Source: Oikopleura dioica
Lineage: Eukaryota > Animalia > Chordata
Length of the DNA stretch: 64,000 bases
NCBI GenBank assembly: GCA_907165135.1
Contig: OU015566.1
Coordinates: 3,348,001-3,412,000, forward strand
Direction of reading: 5' to 3'
The translations under genes were made by a program, and so were the position numbers. The notes beneath the pieces were generated by a model. That model was not told where the DNA came from, ran no database searches, and worked only from the letters and a program-made list of their open reading frames with translations. Each line of letters begins with the position of its first letter. Positions within the stretch are counted from its first letter, which is position 1. Positions 46,374 through 58,965 of this stretch are shown here, one piece after another.

Positions 46374-49362
46374 ATGAGAATAAGAGAGTTTTTCCTCATT
46401 CTCGGCGTAAGAGGGGAATATAAAGACTACGGCTCAGATTTTGAGGTTTTTTATGATTATGAATATGAAACGAGCGAGATGAGTGAGAGATTTTATTTGC
46501 CAGAAGAGTCGGAGGAGAGAGAATATGAATACGAGAATGAAGAATTCGAGGAAGAAATTAATAAAACTGGAGAATCTTTTTTCAGGAAGAGATTGAAATT
46601 AAAGAGGAAAATTTCTAGTAAAATTGAGAATATCTTTATTCAAAATGAAAAAGGCGGAAAATCAGATTTTCAAAATATTTTTCGAACTTCAATTTTTAAT
46701 CGTTTTTGAAGCTCTTTCTTTCAAACAAACAACTCTCCTCTCACAACTCTTCCTCCAACAACCGAAGAACCAATTCAACTCTGCGAATTCAAACATTTTG
46801 CCGAAAAATCCATCGTTGCTTTCCACGCTCGATCTTATGATATCTTTGACCGAGAAAGGGCGAAAGAAATTTTTCGGGGAATCATGACTAGAATGTCGGA
46901 TATCGCGCATGGAATAGATGGCGATTGCGAGGAAAAAATGTTCAATTGCGATTTTTTGAAAATTGATAGAGAAGAGGTTAGTCTCTTAATTTATCAGACC
47001 GCTCAAAATATTTTCAGCATGCATGCACCCTTGTCCGAAGAATCGAAAATCTCGCTGGTTCAATCTCCTCCCTCTGCCCTCGCGTCCAGTTTCCAGATTT
47101 CGAAGAGCTCCAACAAGCCGTGCAGCCAAAGCACATGTCTTGTCCCTTCCCAACCATGCTACGAGAAAACATCAACTCAATGAACAAAAAATTCAAACAA
47201 GAGTACGAGCGATCTCCCCTCAAAGCCCTTTCCCTAGCGCTGGAAGAATACAAAATCAAGCTTCAAAATCTCGTCGAAAAAAGCGCCGAAATTGAAATGG
47301 AAGAATACCCGGAAATGCAAAGCGATGCTTTTGGAGAAATTTTGGAAGAGGAAGAAGAAATCGAAGACGAAATTGACTTTCTCGAAAAAATAATTCGGGA
47401 GAGAAAAAAACGGAAAGAAAAAGCAAAAAATTTTGCAAAAACTCAATTTGAGAAAAAATCCTCTTGGAGGACGAGTTGGCAAGGTCGACTTTCTCCATTC
47501 AATGGGTTCTCTTCGTCGACTTCTGTCAGACAAATGGGAGCAGTGAGCGAGAAAATGAAGCCAAAAAAGTTTGGTGGCGCGTTTTCTGTTTTTCCGAGTC
47601 ATGGGAGTAATAAACCATTCAAGGCGGAGGTCAGAACTTTGGAGCTCGGAATGAAGGTCAAGGATCCGGAAGAGCCAGGAAAGCCAATTGATCCTTGGGA
47701 TGGGGAAGGAACAACGACCCAGGAGCCATTTACGACCACGACGATTTTTGATAGGACGCAGAATCCAGATCCGACTCCTTCTTCTACGACTTCAACGACG
47801 AAATCTACAACGAAATCGACAACAACAAGCACATCAGCATCATCATCAACGAAACCATCAACCACAACAACCACGACAAAATCGACAACCACGACGACAA
47901 CAAAACCTAGCACAACAACAATTACCACGACGACAACAACCACAAAAACATACAAGGGCGATGAACCTACTGGCAAATGCCCGCCTTTAGAAAATCCGTA
48001 CTGGTGGAGTTGTCAGAGAGACGGTATAATTTGCTATTTGAGCACATGTGGCGGTAGTAAGCCAAGAAAAGCAGTCTGCAGAAGAGGGAGCTGGAAAGGA
48101 AATTCGTCCACAACAGGTTGCACGATCCCTGATCATCAAACAACAACAACAAAGGCGACAACTACTACAATGACTTCTTCTCAAATAACAACGACGACAT
48201 CAACCACTACTACATCAACACCGAACACTCCCTGGACAGGTTAAACTGACAATTCTGAAAAAAATAACGATTTTTTTACATCTCTTTTCAGGTCCGCCAA
48301 CGTCAACAACTACCATCAAAACCACAACAACAAAAGCAACAACAACAACAACAACAACAACAGCTGTCACTTACAAAGGCGACGAACCAAATCCGAAATG
48401 CCCCGAATTGCAAAATCCAACATGGTGGACTTGCTCCAATAATGGCAATACCTGTATTCTGTTCACATGTGGAAAGAGGAAGAGGCAAGCTCATTGCAGA
48501 GTGAAGAATGGGAAGTTCTTCTGGAAAGGAATATCCAATACAGACGGGTGTACTATTCCTGGTTATGCTACAACAACAACAGCAAAATCAACAACCACGA
48601 CTACAACCACATCTACAACAACCACAACAACTCCCTGGACTGGTCCGCCGACAACACCAACGACAACAACAACCACGACGGCAAAAACAACAACAACAAC
48701 CACGACATCAACAATCACCTACAAAGGCGACAAACCAAATCCAAAATGCCCTACTTTGCCAAATGCTACTTGGTGGAATTGCGAAAACAACGGAAACACA
48801 TGCTACTTGTTCACATGCGGGAGAAGAAAGAGAAAGGCAATGTGCAGGGTGAAAAAAGGAAATTTCTTTTGGGCTGGTAGTCCAAGCACAAATGGCTGTG
48901 ATAAGCCTGGTTATGTTCAAGAATCAACGGATCAATCTGTCGCTTCCTCTACTACTGCAGTTACTCTTCCTGCAACCACAAATTCTCCTCAAAATCCCAC
49001 ATCTCCGACATCTTCGACATCGTCGTCAGTTTCAGCGAACCCGACATCGACGACCACTACGATTGCAAGTTCTTATATCGGCGATGCTCCCTACTTCAAA
49101 TGCCCTATTCTCCCAAACCCAACCTGGTGGAACTGTTCAAATGATGGAAAAACTTGCATCATTGCAACTTGCGGCAGGAGACAACGGAAAGCCTACTGCA
49201 GATATAAAAAAGTAAGGCAAAATAACAAGACCTCAAATTCATATTCTTCAGAAACAATGGGTTTGGACCGGCAGTCCGGGAACAAATGGTTGTAAACAGC
49301 CGAGTTACGTTACATCAACGACTCAAAGTCCTACTGTACCAGCTACTACAACCGGCCTCTGA
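46374..49362 (+). CDS. Large secreted mucin-like protein: acidic N-terminus, helical region, Thr-rich linkers and four repeats of a 6-Cys/Trp module
   Basis: Hydrophobic start MRIREFFLILGVRG. Introns at about 46977-47017, about 48240-48291 and 49212-49251 join the ORFs. The module YKGD-P--KCP-L-NP-WW-C---G--C----CG-----A-C...W-G---T-GC--P occurs four times. TGA at 49362. Confidence 0.8.
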
Positions 49363-49573
49363 ACTATGAAAACTCTGAATTTTCCTGTAAATAAATTTTT
49401 ACCGAAGCAGCTTTCTTTCTGAATGTTTTGTTATTCAGGTCACCATAGTGAAAACTAAACTTGACCGAAGAAATTGAAGCGCGAATGCATTCTCTATTGT
49501 CTGAATAAAAAAGATCACGCAACAAAAATTTCGAAAGGAACGCTCAAAAGAGCGAGAAAGAGGTCGAGAAAAA

Positions 49574-50887
49574 ATGACGATGAATCAAGTTGGTCCGTTA
49601 GCCGGGGAGGCTATGTCTGGCGATCCGATGGATACCCTTAATTTTTTACAACACGGTTTGCTTCTTGTCTTTTTGGGCCGAACCAAAATAAGGAAGTAAT
49701 AAGCTAGGAAGTGACAGCGTAGGAGCGAACAAGAAAGTATCATACACGAAAGGATCAAATTATAATGGAAGATCCAAGCCAGTATCGTGCAAGATTGGAT
49801 CGGGCATACATTTGAAAATGATTGAGGATGGGTTTCTTATAGGCCGGTAGGCCTTATACGGCAATCTTATTGGTTCCAAAAAAATTCGATCCTTTAATGC
49901 ATGATCCTATTTAATTTGATACTTTCATGTATGATACTTTCTTATTTGATCCTTTCGTGTATGATACTTTCTTGTTCGCTCCTACGCTGTCACTTCCTAG
50001 CTTATTACTTCCCTATTTTAGTTCGTGCCGTCTTTTTCATGATTTGAGCGATTTAAAGAAACGGAAATTCACTGCCTATTGCCAAGATATGGGGCGGCAA
50101 GCGTCATGAATGGGTTTGAAAATCATGATTTCTTTGATTTGATAGGAGTTTTTCGCCAGATCGAGACAAGAAGTAATGACTGCAAAACGAATTCGAGGAT
50201 CTGCTGGTTATGACTACATGGGCTACGATACTTCAGGACTGTTTTTCTTCAAGAAAATTTTGGAGAGTGATTTTTGAAGAAAAATGAAAAAGGCAATGTG
50301 ATTTTGAAGGCTACTGGGAAAAATGAGGCGAATTTTTGCTTACGGCTTTGTATCTGCAAGGTCTGTTTCATAGAAAAATAAGGGTGTCTCTCAACTTGCC
50401 ATTACAATCAGTTTTTATCTCAAATTTTAGGTTGAAGGAGGACTGTACATCGAAGCTGGAGGCTGTCATCAAGGAAGTGCATTGTAAAAATCTCCTTTTT
50501 TGCCCGAAAATAACTTTTCTCTAGCGCTGACGGGCAGTGCCTCAAATACGACATGGGAATTTCCGACAGCAATGGAAAGAAGATTTTCTCCCTCGCTCAA
50601 CCCTTCGGCGGCTGCTGCAACCAACACATGAGCAATCACGAGTGGATCATCAGCGAGTACGGAACTGACAATGAAATCTGCCGACTGAAGTCGTACATGA
50701 ATGTTTCTGACACGAACGTTGAAGTGACATTTCCTCGTGATTTGAGCATCGACATGAAAATTTGTAATAAGAAAAAGAATGGCCACTTTTAATGATTTTT
50801 CTAGGTCTAATGATGACAACGATTACGACTGCCTTCAGCATGATGGACGTCCAGATTCGACGAGAACACGATCGAAGAAGAAGATAA
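49574..50887 (+). CDS. Phospholipid scramblase-like protein
   Basis: Spliced C-terminus VEVTFPRDLSIDMKICLMMTTITTAFSMMD resembles the scramblase FPxDLDVxMKA-TM motif, with Cys-rich GGCC segments upstream. The start at 49574 is tentative. Confidence 0.6.
49685..50019. mobile_element. Young intronic MITE with about 75-bp near-perfect TIRs
   Basis: ggaagtaataagctaggaagtgacagcgtaggagcgaacaagaaagtatcatacacgaaaggatcaaat has an essentially perfect inverted copy ending at about 50012. Confidence 0.85.
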
Positions 50888-50937
50888 CTTTTTACAAAAG
50901 AAAATTTATTTGTATGAAAATTTTTTAATAAAAGAAA

Positions 50938-51567
50938 TTAATCATGATGACTAGAAATAAGAGAAAAGGTTTCAAAATCAGAGAAATTGGACATTTCCTC
51001 GCTTTCGCTTTCGAAAATCGAAAAATCGGAATTGTTGTTTCGCTGATTTTGGTTTTCAAAGTCATCTATGTAAACATAAACGATCTCTTTTCGAAGATTT
51101 TGAATTTCTTCTTCCATTACCATTGCGAATTCTTCCTCTTCCTCGGCTAGATTTTCTGCTTGTTCGTTGTTGTTTTCACCGTCCTCTTCTTCCTCCGCGA
51201 TTTCGACACTAGAATTATCTTTGAGAAAAAATCGAATGATATATTTACTCTTGAGTTATTTCAATCTCGCCATTTTCCGAGCAAGAATCCTCCATATCTA
51301 AAATAAAGAAAAGCAGCCCTTTTAAACTTCCAAACTGATTGAAGAAGATGATCCAGAAGCTTCCTCTTCTTCCTCTTCCGCCTCTAGAATCATCCCTAGC
51401 GGGGTGACTTCCCTCGTAATTTTGGGTGATTTTTTCTCGAATATTTTTGGATGACTTTTGCGATAAACATCCTTTTTACGAGAATTAAGTTCTTGTCGAT
51501 ATTTCTTATTTGTAAGGCCTCTATAAATTTCAGCAATTTCTTTTTTGAAAACACGATAAATTTTCAT
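50938..51567 (-). CDS. Small basic/acidic (Glu-rich) protein of unknown function, at least 2 exons
   Basis: ORFs 51322-51567 and 50938-51210 on the minus strand, both with poly-Glu tracts, separated by an intron-sized AT-rich gap. The start is uncertain. Confidence 0.45.
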
Positions 51568-51819
51568 TTTTTCTTATTTTCATCTTTTTTTTTGCCGAGT
51601 AAAGTGCGAGGAAACCGATTTAGACTGACACATATCCGGGGATTACCCCTTCCGCAAGTTATCGCTTTTTTCTTTATTGAGAAAAGAGATTGCATTTGCG
51701 AAATTATCCGTCTTTAAATTGACGCTAGCAATGTTCAACTTTACATCTGCCCGTTCTCATGCTCGAAAAAGACCGCTCAACTCAACCAAAACTCCTCAGT
51801 TACAAAAAGACTCAAGAGA

Positions 51820-53103
51820 ATGATGCTGACCAGTGCTCTCCTTGGCATGGCCCTCGCCGATCCAATTCTGTAAGTTCTGTAAGTCATTTCATCGTCACTT
51901 TCTCATTCATTAAGCATTCCTTTGAAAAAGACCCCCATGACCCGAGGAATCGGAAATCTCCACTCCAAGTACCGAGCCGACGTCCCCACCAACGAATTGA
52001 CCAACTACTTCGACGCCCAGTACTTTGGCCCTTTGACAATTGGAACTCCCCCTCAAAACTTCACGGTCATCTTCGACACTGGCTCCTCCAACCTCTGGGT
52101 TCCTTCCTCCAAGTGCGATCCTCACATCGGCACTGGTTTCGCTTGTTTGAACCACAACAAGTACAACAGCGATGACTCCAGCACCTGGACCGAGGATGGA
52201 ACCAAGTTCGAGATCCAATACGGAACCGGCTCCATGGTCGGCTTCCAGTCCATCGATGACGTCGACATTGCTCCTGGCTCTGGTGGCCTTGTCGCCAAGC
52301 AGGCTACCTTTGCCGAAGCTGTTGAGGAGCCTGGCGTCACCTTCCTCGCTGCCAGGTTTGATGGAATCATGGGTCTTGCCTACCCTTCCATCTCCGTCAA
52401 CGGCGCTACTCCCATCTACAACCAACTGATGGAAGACGGCCAGGTCAACGGCGTCTTCGCCTTCTACATCCATCGGGATAGCTCCAAGCCCGGCCAGTCC
52501 GACATCGGCGGCGAAATCGCTTGGGGAGGCGTCAATCCAGAACGATTCGAAGGAACCTACCCAGAATCGTTCACCTGGCACGATGTGAGCCGACAAGCTT
52601 ACTGGCAAGTCAACATGGGAACCGTCACTGTCAACGGGGATGGTTTCGTTTCCGACCAGCCTCTCGTCGAGTGCCAGGGTGGCTGCCAAGGAATCGTCGA
52701 TTCTGGCACCTCTTTGATCACAGGCCCAACCGAAATCACCGACCAAATCAACAAGGCTATCGGAGCGATCGAATTCATTGCTGGAGAATGGCTCGTTGTT
52801 TGCCGAAACAAACCAAGAATGCCGACAATCGACATTTACATTGATGATGTTCGATACCGAATGACTCCTGGTAAGATTTAAAAAGGGAATTTTAGCTAAT
52901 AAATGTCGCATTTAGACGACTACGTTTTGACGATTGAGGATCAGGGACAAACCCAGTGCATTTCCGCCTTCATGGGTCTTGACATTCCCCCACCAGCTGG
53001 TCCTCTCTGGATTCTCGGAGACGCCTTTATGGGCATGAAATACACTGTCTTCGACTTTGACACCAACCGAGTCGGTTTTGCTCCACTCAAGGGTGAACAA
53101 TAA
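51820..53103 (+). CDS. CTSD: Cathepsin D-like aspartic protease
   Basis: Signal peptide [13 protein letters not shown]. Catalytic [11 protein letters not shown] and DSGTSLI, flap YGTG, C-terminal WILGDAFM...[11 protein letters not shown]. Introns 51870-51914 and 52871-52915. Confidence 0.93.
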
Positions 53104-53964
53104 ATTTCAATGAATCTCCCGAAAATGTTTCTTTTCACGAAAATTCTAGAAAATTTCATCATAAAATAACGTCCCTTGAAAAATTGGGTGCAAATTACGT
53201 GCCAAGTTCGCTGCAAAAATGGGCCATTATGTCTTGTTTAATTTGAAATCTTATAGATTAGGGGGCGAACATCCCTTTTCCGACCACTTTGACAAGTCCA
53301 GCAAGGGCGGAGCGCATTATTATTCGCGAAACTAGAAATGCAATTTTCTTATGCAATTTTCTATGGTTTTGATTGAAAAATGATAAATAAAAGAAATTGC
53401 GTCTGCAAGTGAAACCAAAATGACCCCGGCCAGTGGCGGCCACGAACAAAAACAATGCAAGTGTCATTATCATAAAGATACGGTTTTTTATCTGAGAGTG
53501 AATGTTGGTTTTTTAGAGTTGATGGCGTGGTTTTCTTAACTAAGATGAAAATGAATATATTTTCTTTTTTAATGCTAAAATGAAAGACACGCATATAAAA
53601 TGAGACAATTAAAAGTTCAATAAAAATATTTATTTTCAAATAAGACTTTGAAAAAAAGGATTTCTTAGAAAAATTTTTTCATCGAAAAATCATTTCTACA
53701 GAAGTAAATCTGTGAGTTTCTTCATTTCGTTGAGAAAATAGCAAAAGAATCAAAGCCTGTTAAAAGCTGCAAAAATCAAATATCATGAAATCGGTCGTGT
53801 TCGCTCGTTGGCGCCCTCAATGTCCGGCGCAATCTTGTTTCGGTTCTTGAATTCCAGCGGTCCTTGTCTATAAGAATTTTTAATTACTTGAGTTTTTTCA
53901 ACATTCTTTCCAGAAGACAAGAGAAGCATAAATCACAGAAAAAAAAAGAAGAACAACAAGAAAA

Positions 53965-56599
53965 ATGAAGCTTTTGCTCCCTTTTCTGACGCTAGCAAAA
54001 GCTAATTCAGGTATTTCAATTAAAAAAATCAAGTCAATAAGATATTGCTTTGATAAATTCAAACCAATCAAATTAAATCTTTTACCTGACCAAATTATAA
54101 GCCCAAAAATTGTCCATGAAAAACAAAAATCAAATTTTAGGATCAAATTTTATCGATTCCAAAAAAGGCTACGTAAACATCACAGCACCAGGAACTGCAG
54201 GTCTTCAATCTCGTCGACCAAATGCCATTTTCGGTATGAGTCAAGGCGGCCGAGATGTTTTCGCAGCTCAAGATGTCGATCGAAATTTCGCCGAACCAGG
54301 TCTAAGCGTGGCTGATCTTGATTTGGACAACAGAATGCCGTCGCCGCTACGATGCAGAAATCCGCTAGTTCGAGGAGTTGTGGATTCTAGAATCGTTGGA
54401 GGATACGATGCACAAAGAGAAGCTTGGCCGTTTATTGTGAAGATAAGGATCGGTTGTGGAGGGACGATTGTCAGTCCTCAGTGGATTGTTACTGCTGCTC
54501 ATTGGTAAGCTATTTTTTGAAGGATCTCCTATCTATCTTTCAGCTGCCGAGTCTCAAACTTGCGATTTTTGGACGTGACGGTTTCTGAATACGATCGCGC
54601 TGGAATCGATAAAGACGCACAAACCATCCAAGTCGACAAAGTCGTCATCCATCCCAAATTCGTCCCTGCCACGCTTTTGAACGACATCTGCTTGCTCAAG
54701 CTCAAATCGCCAATTGAATTCAACAGTAAGATTTGTTTTAAAAGAGGGATTGTTCACGTGTTTCTTCAAGTGCACGCGCAGCCAGTTTGCCTGCCAGAAA
54801 AGAACTCTCGAATAGATAAAGTGAAACTGGGTGAAGGGCCACTTTGCTATGTCGCCGGTTGGGGACGGGTTGGAGAAACAGAAGGAACCGCGCGAATTCT
54901 TCAAGAGACCCAGGTTTGGAGGAGATTTATTTTGAGAGAAGAAGCGTTCACTAGTAGTATAAAAATTGGTTTGAAGGCAGTAAGGTTGATGTTCTCACAT
55001 TTAAATCAAATTGTTATATTGAAAAAAATTCTAAGTACCCAAAAATCGCAGCTCAATTATGGTTTTTTTTTATGTTTGATCTTAGAAATTTTTATTGCAA
55101 TCTCTCCCGAAAAATCCATTTTGATTCAATCAAGAATTTTTGAGTCGACACTTGAGTAAAAATTTATTATGAGGAAAAATTCTCTATTTTTTTAAATATC
55201 TTTTTAGGTGCCAATTATTCCAAATAAAGTCTGCGACGCGGCATATGCCCGAAACAAGGTACACGAAAACGAGATGATGTGCGCTGGCTATGCAGAAGGC
55301 GGCATCGATGCTTGCCAAGGCGACTCCGGCGGGCCAATGATCTGCGTCGAAAACGATCAGCCAGTTCTCCGCGGCGTCGTTTCTTGGGGAATCGGCTGCG
55401 CAAGAGTCGGCCTCTATGGCGTTTACACTAGAACTTCCTCGTACATCGACTGGATCAAAAGCACCGTCAATCCAAACGACCAAACCTTCGGCGATCTCAT
55501 CAGCAATCCTCCCACAACACAAGCTCCATCTACTCCTCCCAAGACAACAATTCCTTCTGGCACAAGTCCGATCCATCCTCGATGCGGTGATCCAACGAAA
55601 AAGGGTTTCAAGATCGCCAACAACGTCCTGGTCTCTTGCCACAGCAGCCAATGCGATTTCAAATGTCCGGATGGAATGCGACCGTCTCTTGCAAAAGCTG
55701 TTTGTAATTTCAAGAAACGACAATTTGCTCCGAAAAAATTCAAGGTAAATCCAAACCTAGGCCCCTTTTTTCACCATTTTTTCAAGAAAACGATTCATTG
55801 TATCAGCGACAAACCATCAGAACCGCCAGTTCAAAGCTCTTCAGGGGGCTTCAACTCGAATCCTTCTGCTGACGTTGCTGCTGAACTCAATACAGGTCAG
55901 GTCCAAAGTCAAGGACACCCTTAATCTGAGCTTTAGGAAATGCAATGACAAAATGTGGAAACATCGTCAAAAAATTCCGACTTGATACATCCGCCCTTTC
56001 TGTCGACTGCGAAAATGACATCTGCAAATTAACAGTAAGAAAACAACCCTTTTTCTTTGACTTAGAAATTCGCTAAGTGTATCGATGACAACATGCGACC
56101 AACTCTGAACAAAATCACCTGCAATGTAAAAGGAAAGAAAAAGAAAACTGCCCCGAAAAAAGCAAAAGTGAAGTGCGTCGTGAAGGAAGGATCCAGAGGT
56201 AAGATAAATAACTTGGCTTGTTAATTACTCAGCTTTTTGGAAAATGCTCAACCAGCTGCGAAATCAATGTTTTTATTCATCCTTTTTAGCGATGCGCCAC
56301 GTTGGTTCAGAAGCAGAGGAAACATGTGGATATATGCCAGTGAGAACCTCAGATCCGGTGGATTATTTTTGCGAGGGAATGCAGTGCAATTTCTTTTGCC
56401 CTACCGACGATCTCAAGGTTAGTCAAAAAAATAAAATTTCAATATTTTTTGAACGAATAAAAAAACTTTTTTTATTTCAATTTTTATTTTTTTATTGAAA
56501 AAATTAATAATTTCTATTCAGCCAACTCGTGAAAAAATCACTTGCAATCCAAGAAAGGGAAAATGGTGGCCAAAACGATTCAACGTCTTCTGCCAATAA
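53965..56599 (+). CDS. Secreted trypsin-family (S1) serine protease with three C-terminal 6-Cys modules
   Basis: Signal [13 protein letters not shown], activation site R|[26 protein letters not shown] and VSWGIGC. C-terminal exons repeat CG...C...C-F-C...P...C modules. TAA at 56599. Confidence 0.9.
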
Positions 56600-57628
56600 G
56601 AAATCGCCTCTCTTACTTTTATCCAATCAGAGTCCTCAATTTCGACTTCTCATCTATTGATCTACTTTTGTAGAATTTTTTTGTAAAAAAACTTGTTCAA
56701 AACTGCGAAATTTTTTTCACACAAAATCACCTCCAAAATTTCCTTCTTTTCTCTTTTGATCGCCCCTTATTTTTGTCTCACATGATCAAAGACAGAAAAC
56801 GAAGCGAAATTTAGTTGGTCGAAATCGTTATTTTCGTCCCTGTTCGCTGAAAAAAGTCCAAGACTCTAAGTGCGTGAAAGTGCTTATTTCAGCGAAAAGG
56901 ACATTTTCCGCTGCTGGATATGAAAAGATAGTAATCTGAAATTCTACTGCTGGATATAATGAAATACTGTCGTTCTGTCTTCTTACTGTAAATAAATGCT
57001 GTTATCAAAAAAATCACAGAAAAGCTGGTTTTTTTCTTTGAAAGTTGAAAATAAGTGCTGATTTTGGAGAAATAAAAATCCGAGTCGGAATTTCTTGAGA
57101 TGATGCGACAAGCGTAAAAATTCGCGGATAGGTTCAGACGTGTAACGGTTTTGGAGGCGAGACAAGTTTTGCTCTTCAAGAAAATCGGCTTTCTAGCATT
57201 TTCTTTTGTCTAAATTGACGAAGACAGAAATCTGCACGCCAGTTGGTTTTTGAGAAAAATCACCTTGAAGATACTATTTTCCAAAAGAGTAGACGACCTT
57301 TAATGCTCATGGCTGGCGTGTTCCAGCTAAAATCGGATGAGCCAAATGTCGACATGCTTTTTAATCGACTTTTCACTTTCAACTTCCGGAGAATTCCTCG
57401 AAATACTGTAGGAAAATTCCGACGATCCTAGCATAGGATGGAAATCCGCCTTCTCTTTTATTGCGGTTAAAAAACTAACACCAGACTGTCGAATTCTCTC
57501 GATTTATGAATAGCACCTTATGTGTTGCTTCCACCTTGACAAAAGCGGTGTCTTCCGGATCAACAAGTCGATTGTTGAAAAAGTGAATATAAAGGTGAAA
57601 AATTCCTAAGGATTTGTTCAAGAAAACA

Positions 57629-58741
57629 ATGACTAAATTCTATGCATTTTTATTTGCAGTCATTGTCTACGCTAACGACAATTTGCCGAGTCTCAAAACC
57701 TGCACCCACGAGTCAAATTATGGTTACCGGTCTCAATATTCAACAAGGATTGTTGGTGGAATCGAAGCAAAGGAAAACCAGTGGCCGTTTATTGCCGATC
57801 TTGCATTTCGTAGAGAGGGAGGAGGCATCGAATTTCATTCTTGTGTAGGAACTATTATCGACAACTTCTGGGTGCTAACGTAAGATTATAAGAGTTATTA
57901 TTTATAAAAATTAAGTGCCGCGCATTGCTGCGATGATGCGACTAAGGTTTTTGCGGATTTCAGTGCTCTTGAATTATTCGACACTCCGGGTGAATATTAT
58001 TTAACATCTGATGACTGGATTAAGCATCCGTCGTACAGGAAGAGTTTATCACAAGAGTAAATCAAGAGTTTATTATACAGTTTTTAATCTTGTTCCCGAA
58101 AATACTTGAAGTGCGTTTCCTTTTAAAACTTTATTAAACTCAACATTATACCCGAGACTTTGGATTTCGATCTCTGCTTGATAAAGTTTCGCGAAGATAT
58201 CATTGCAAAAGACCCCGACAAAGATGTTCGAATGGCGTGTCTTTCAGAAACCGTTCCAGACCATGGATCAAAATGCTGGATTGCAGGCTGGGGAGCAGAA
58301 CATTTTACCGATTTTATGGCCGATTCCTTGAAACAAGCGAGTGTTACTCTGTTGGAAAGAAGCTACTGTCTGGCTCACTCTGGCTATTCATCGTCAGAGC
58401 TTGGACCGGAAGTGATCTGCGCTGGAAGGCTTGATAATGACGGAAACGGGCTTACTGATGGCGGTGTCGATACTTGCACAAGAGATTCGGGAGGGCCGTT
58501 AATCTGTGACATCGAGGGGAAAGCAGCACTTGTTGGCGTTGTTTCATGGCGAAAAAGATGCGCTGTAGAAGGACTACCGGGCATTTACTCATCGGTAGCA
58601 TATCCGAGTTCATACGAATGGATAAGAGAAACTGTTGGCCCTGCTTTGAAGACAACAACAGCCACGAACACGACTTCAGCTTCAAAAGAGCAAATTTTTA
58701 CATTCAACATTGTCTTGATGCTTGTATTCCTGTTCTTTTAG
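57629..58741 (+). CDS. Trypsin-family serine protease or homologue with a hydrophobic C-terminus (putative GPI signal)
   Basis: Signal peptide, R|IVGG, T|AAHCC across an intron at about 57880-57915, DLCLIK, DTCTRDSGGP, VSWRKRC, then a Thr-rich stalk and IFTFNIVLMLVFLFF*. Confidence 0.88.
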
Positions 58742-58965
58742 ATTGCATTTTTTCCCAACTCATCATATTTGCTTTATTTGAAAATATATATTGTTATTAA
58801 AAAAATGTAAAAGGCAAGTTTATATTAGTCTGCATATTGTTCAGGGAAAAGAAAAATTGAAGTTTTGTCAAAATTGCCGAGTCACCCGCCGAGACAGTGA
58901 ACCATGTATGAAGCAAATATGCAATGCAGAATGAAGCAATGCAGAAAGATCCGCAAAATTAATAT

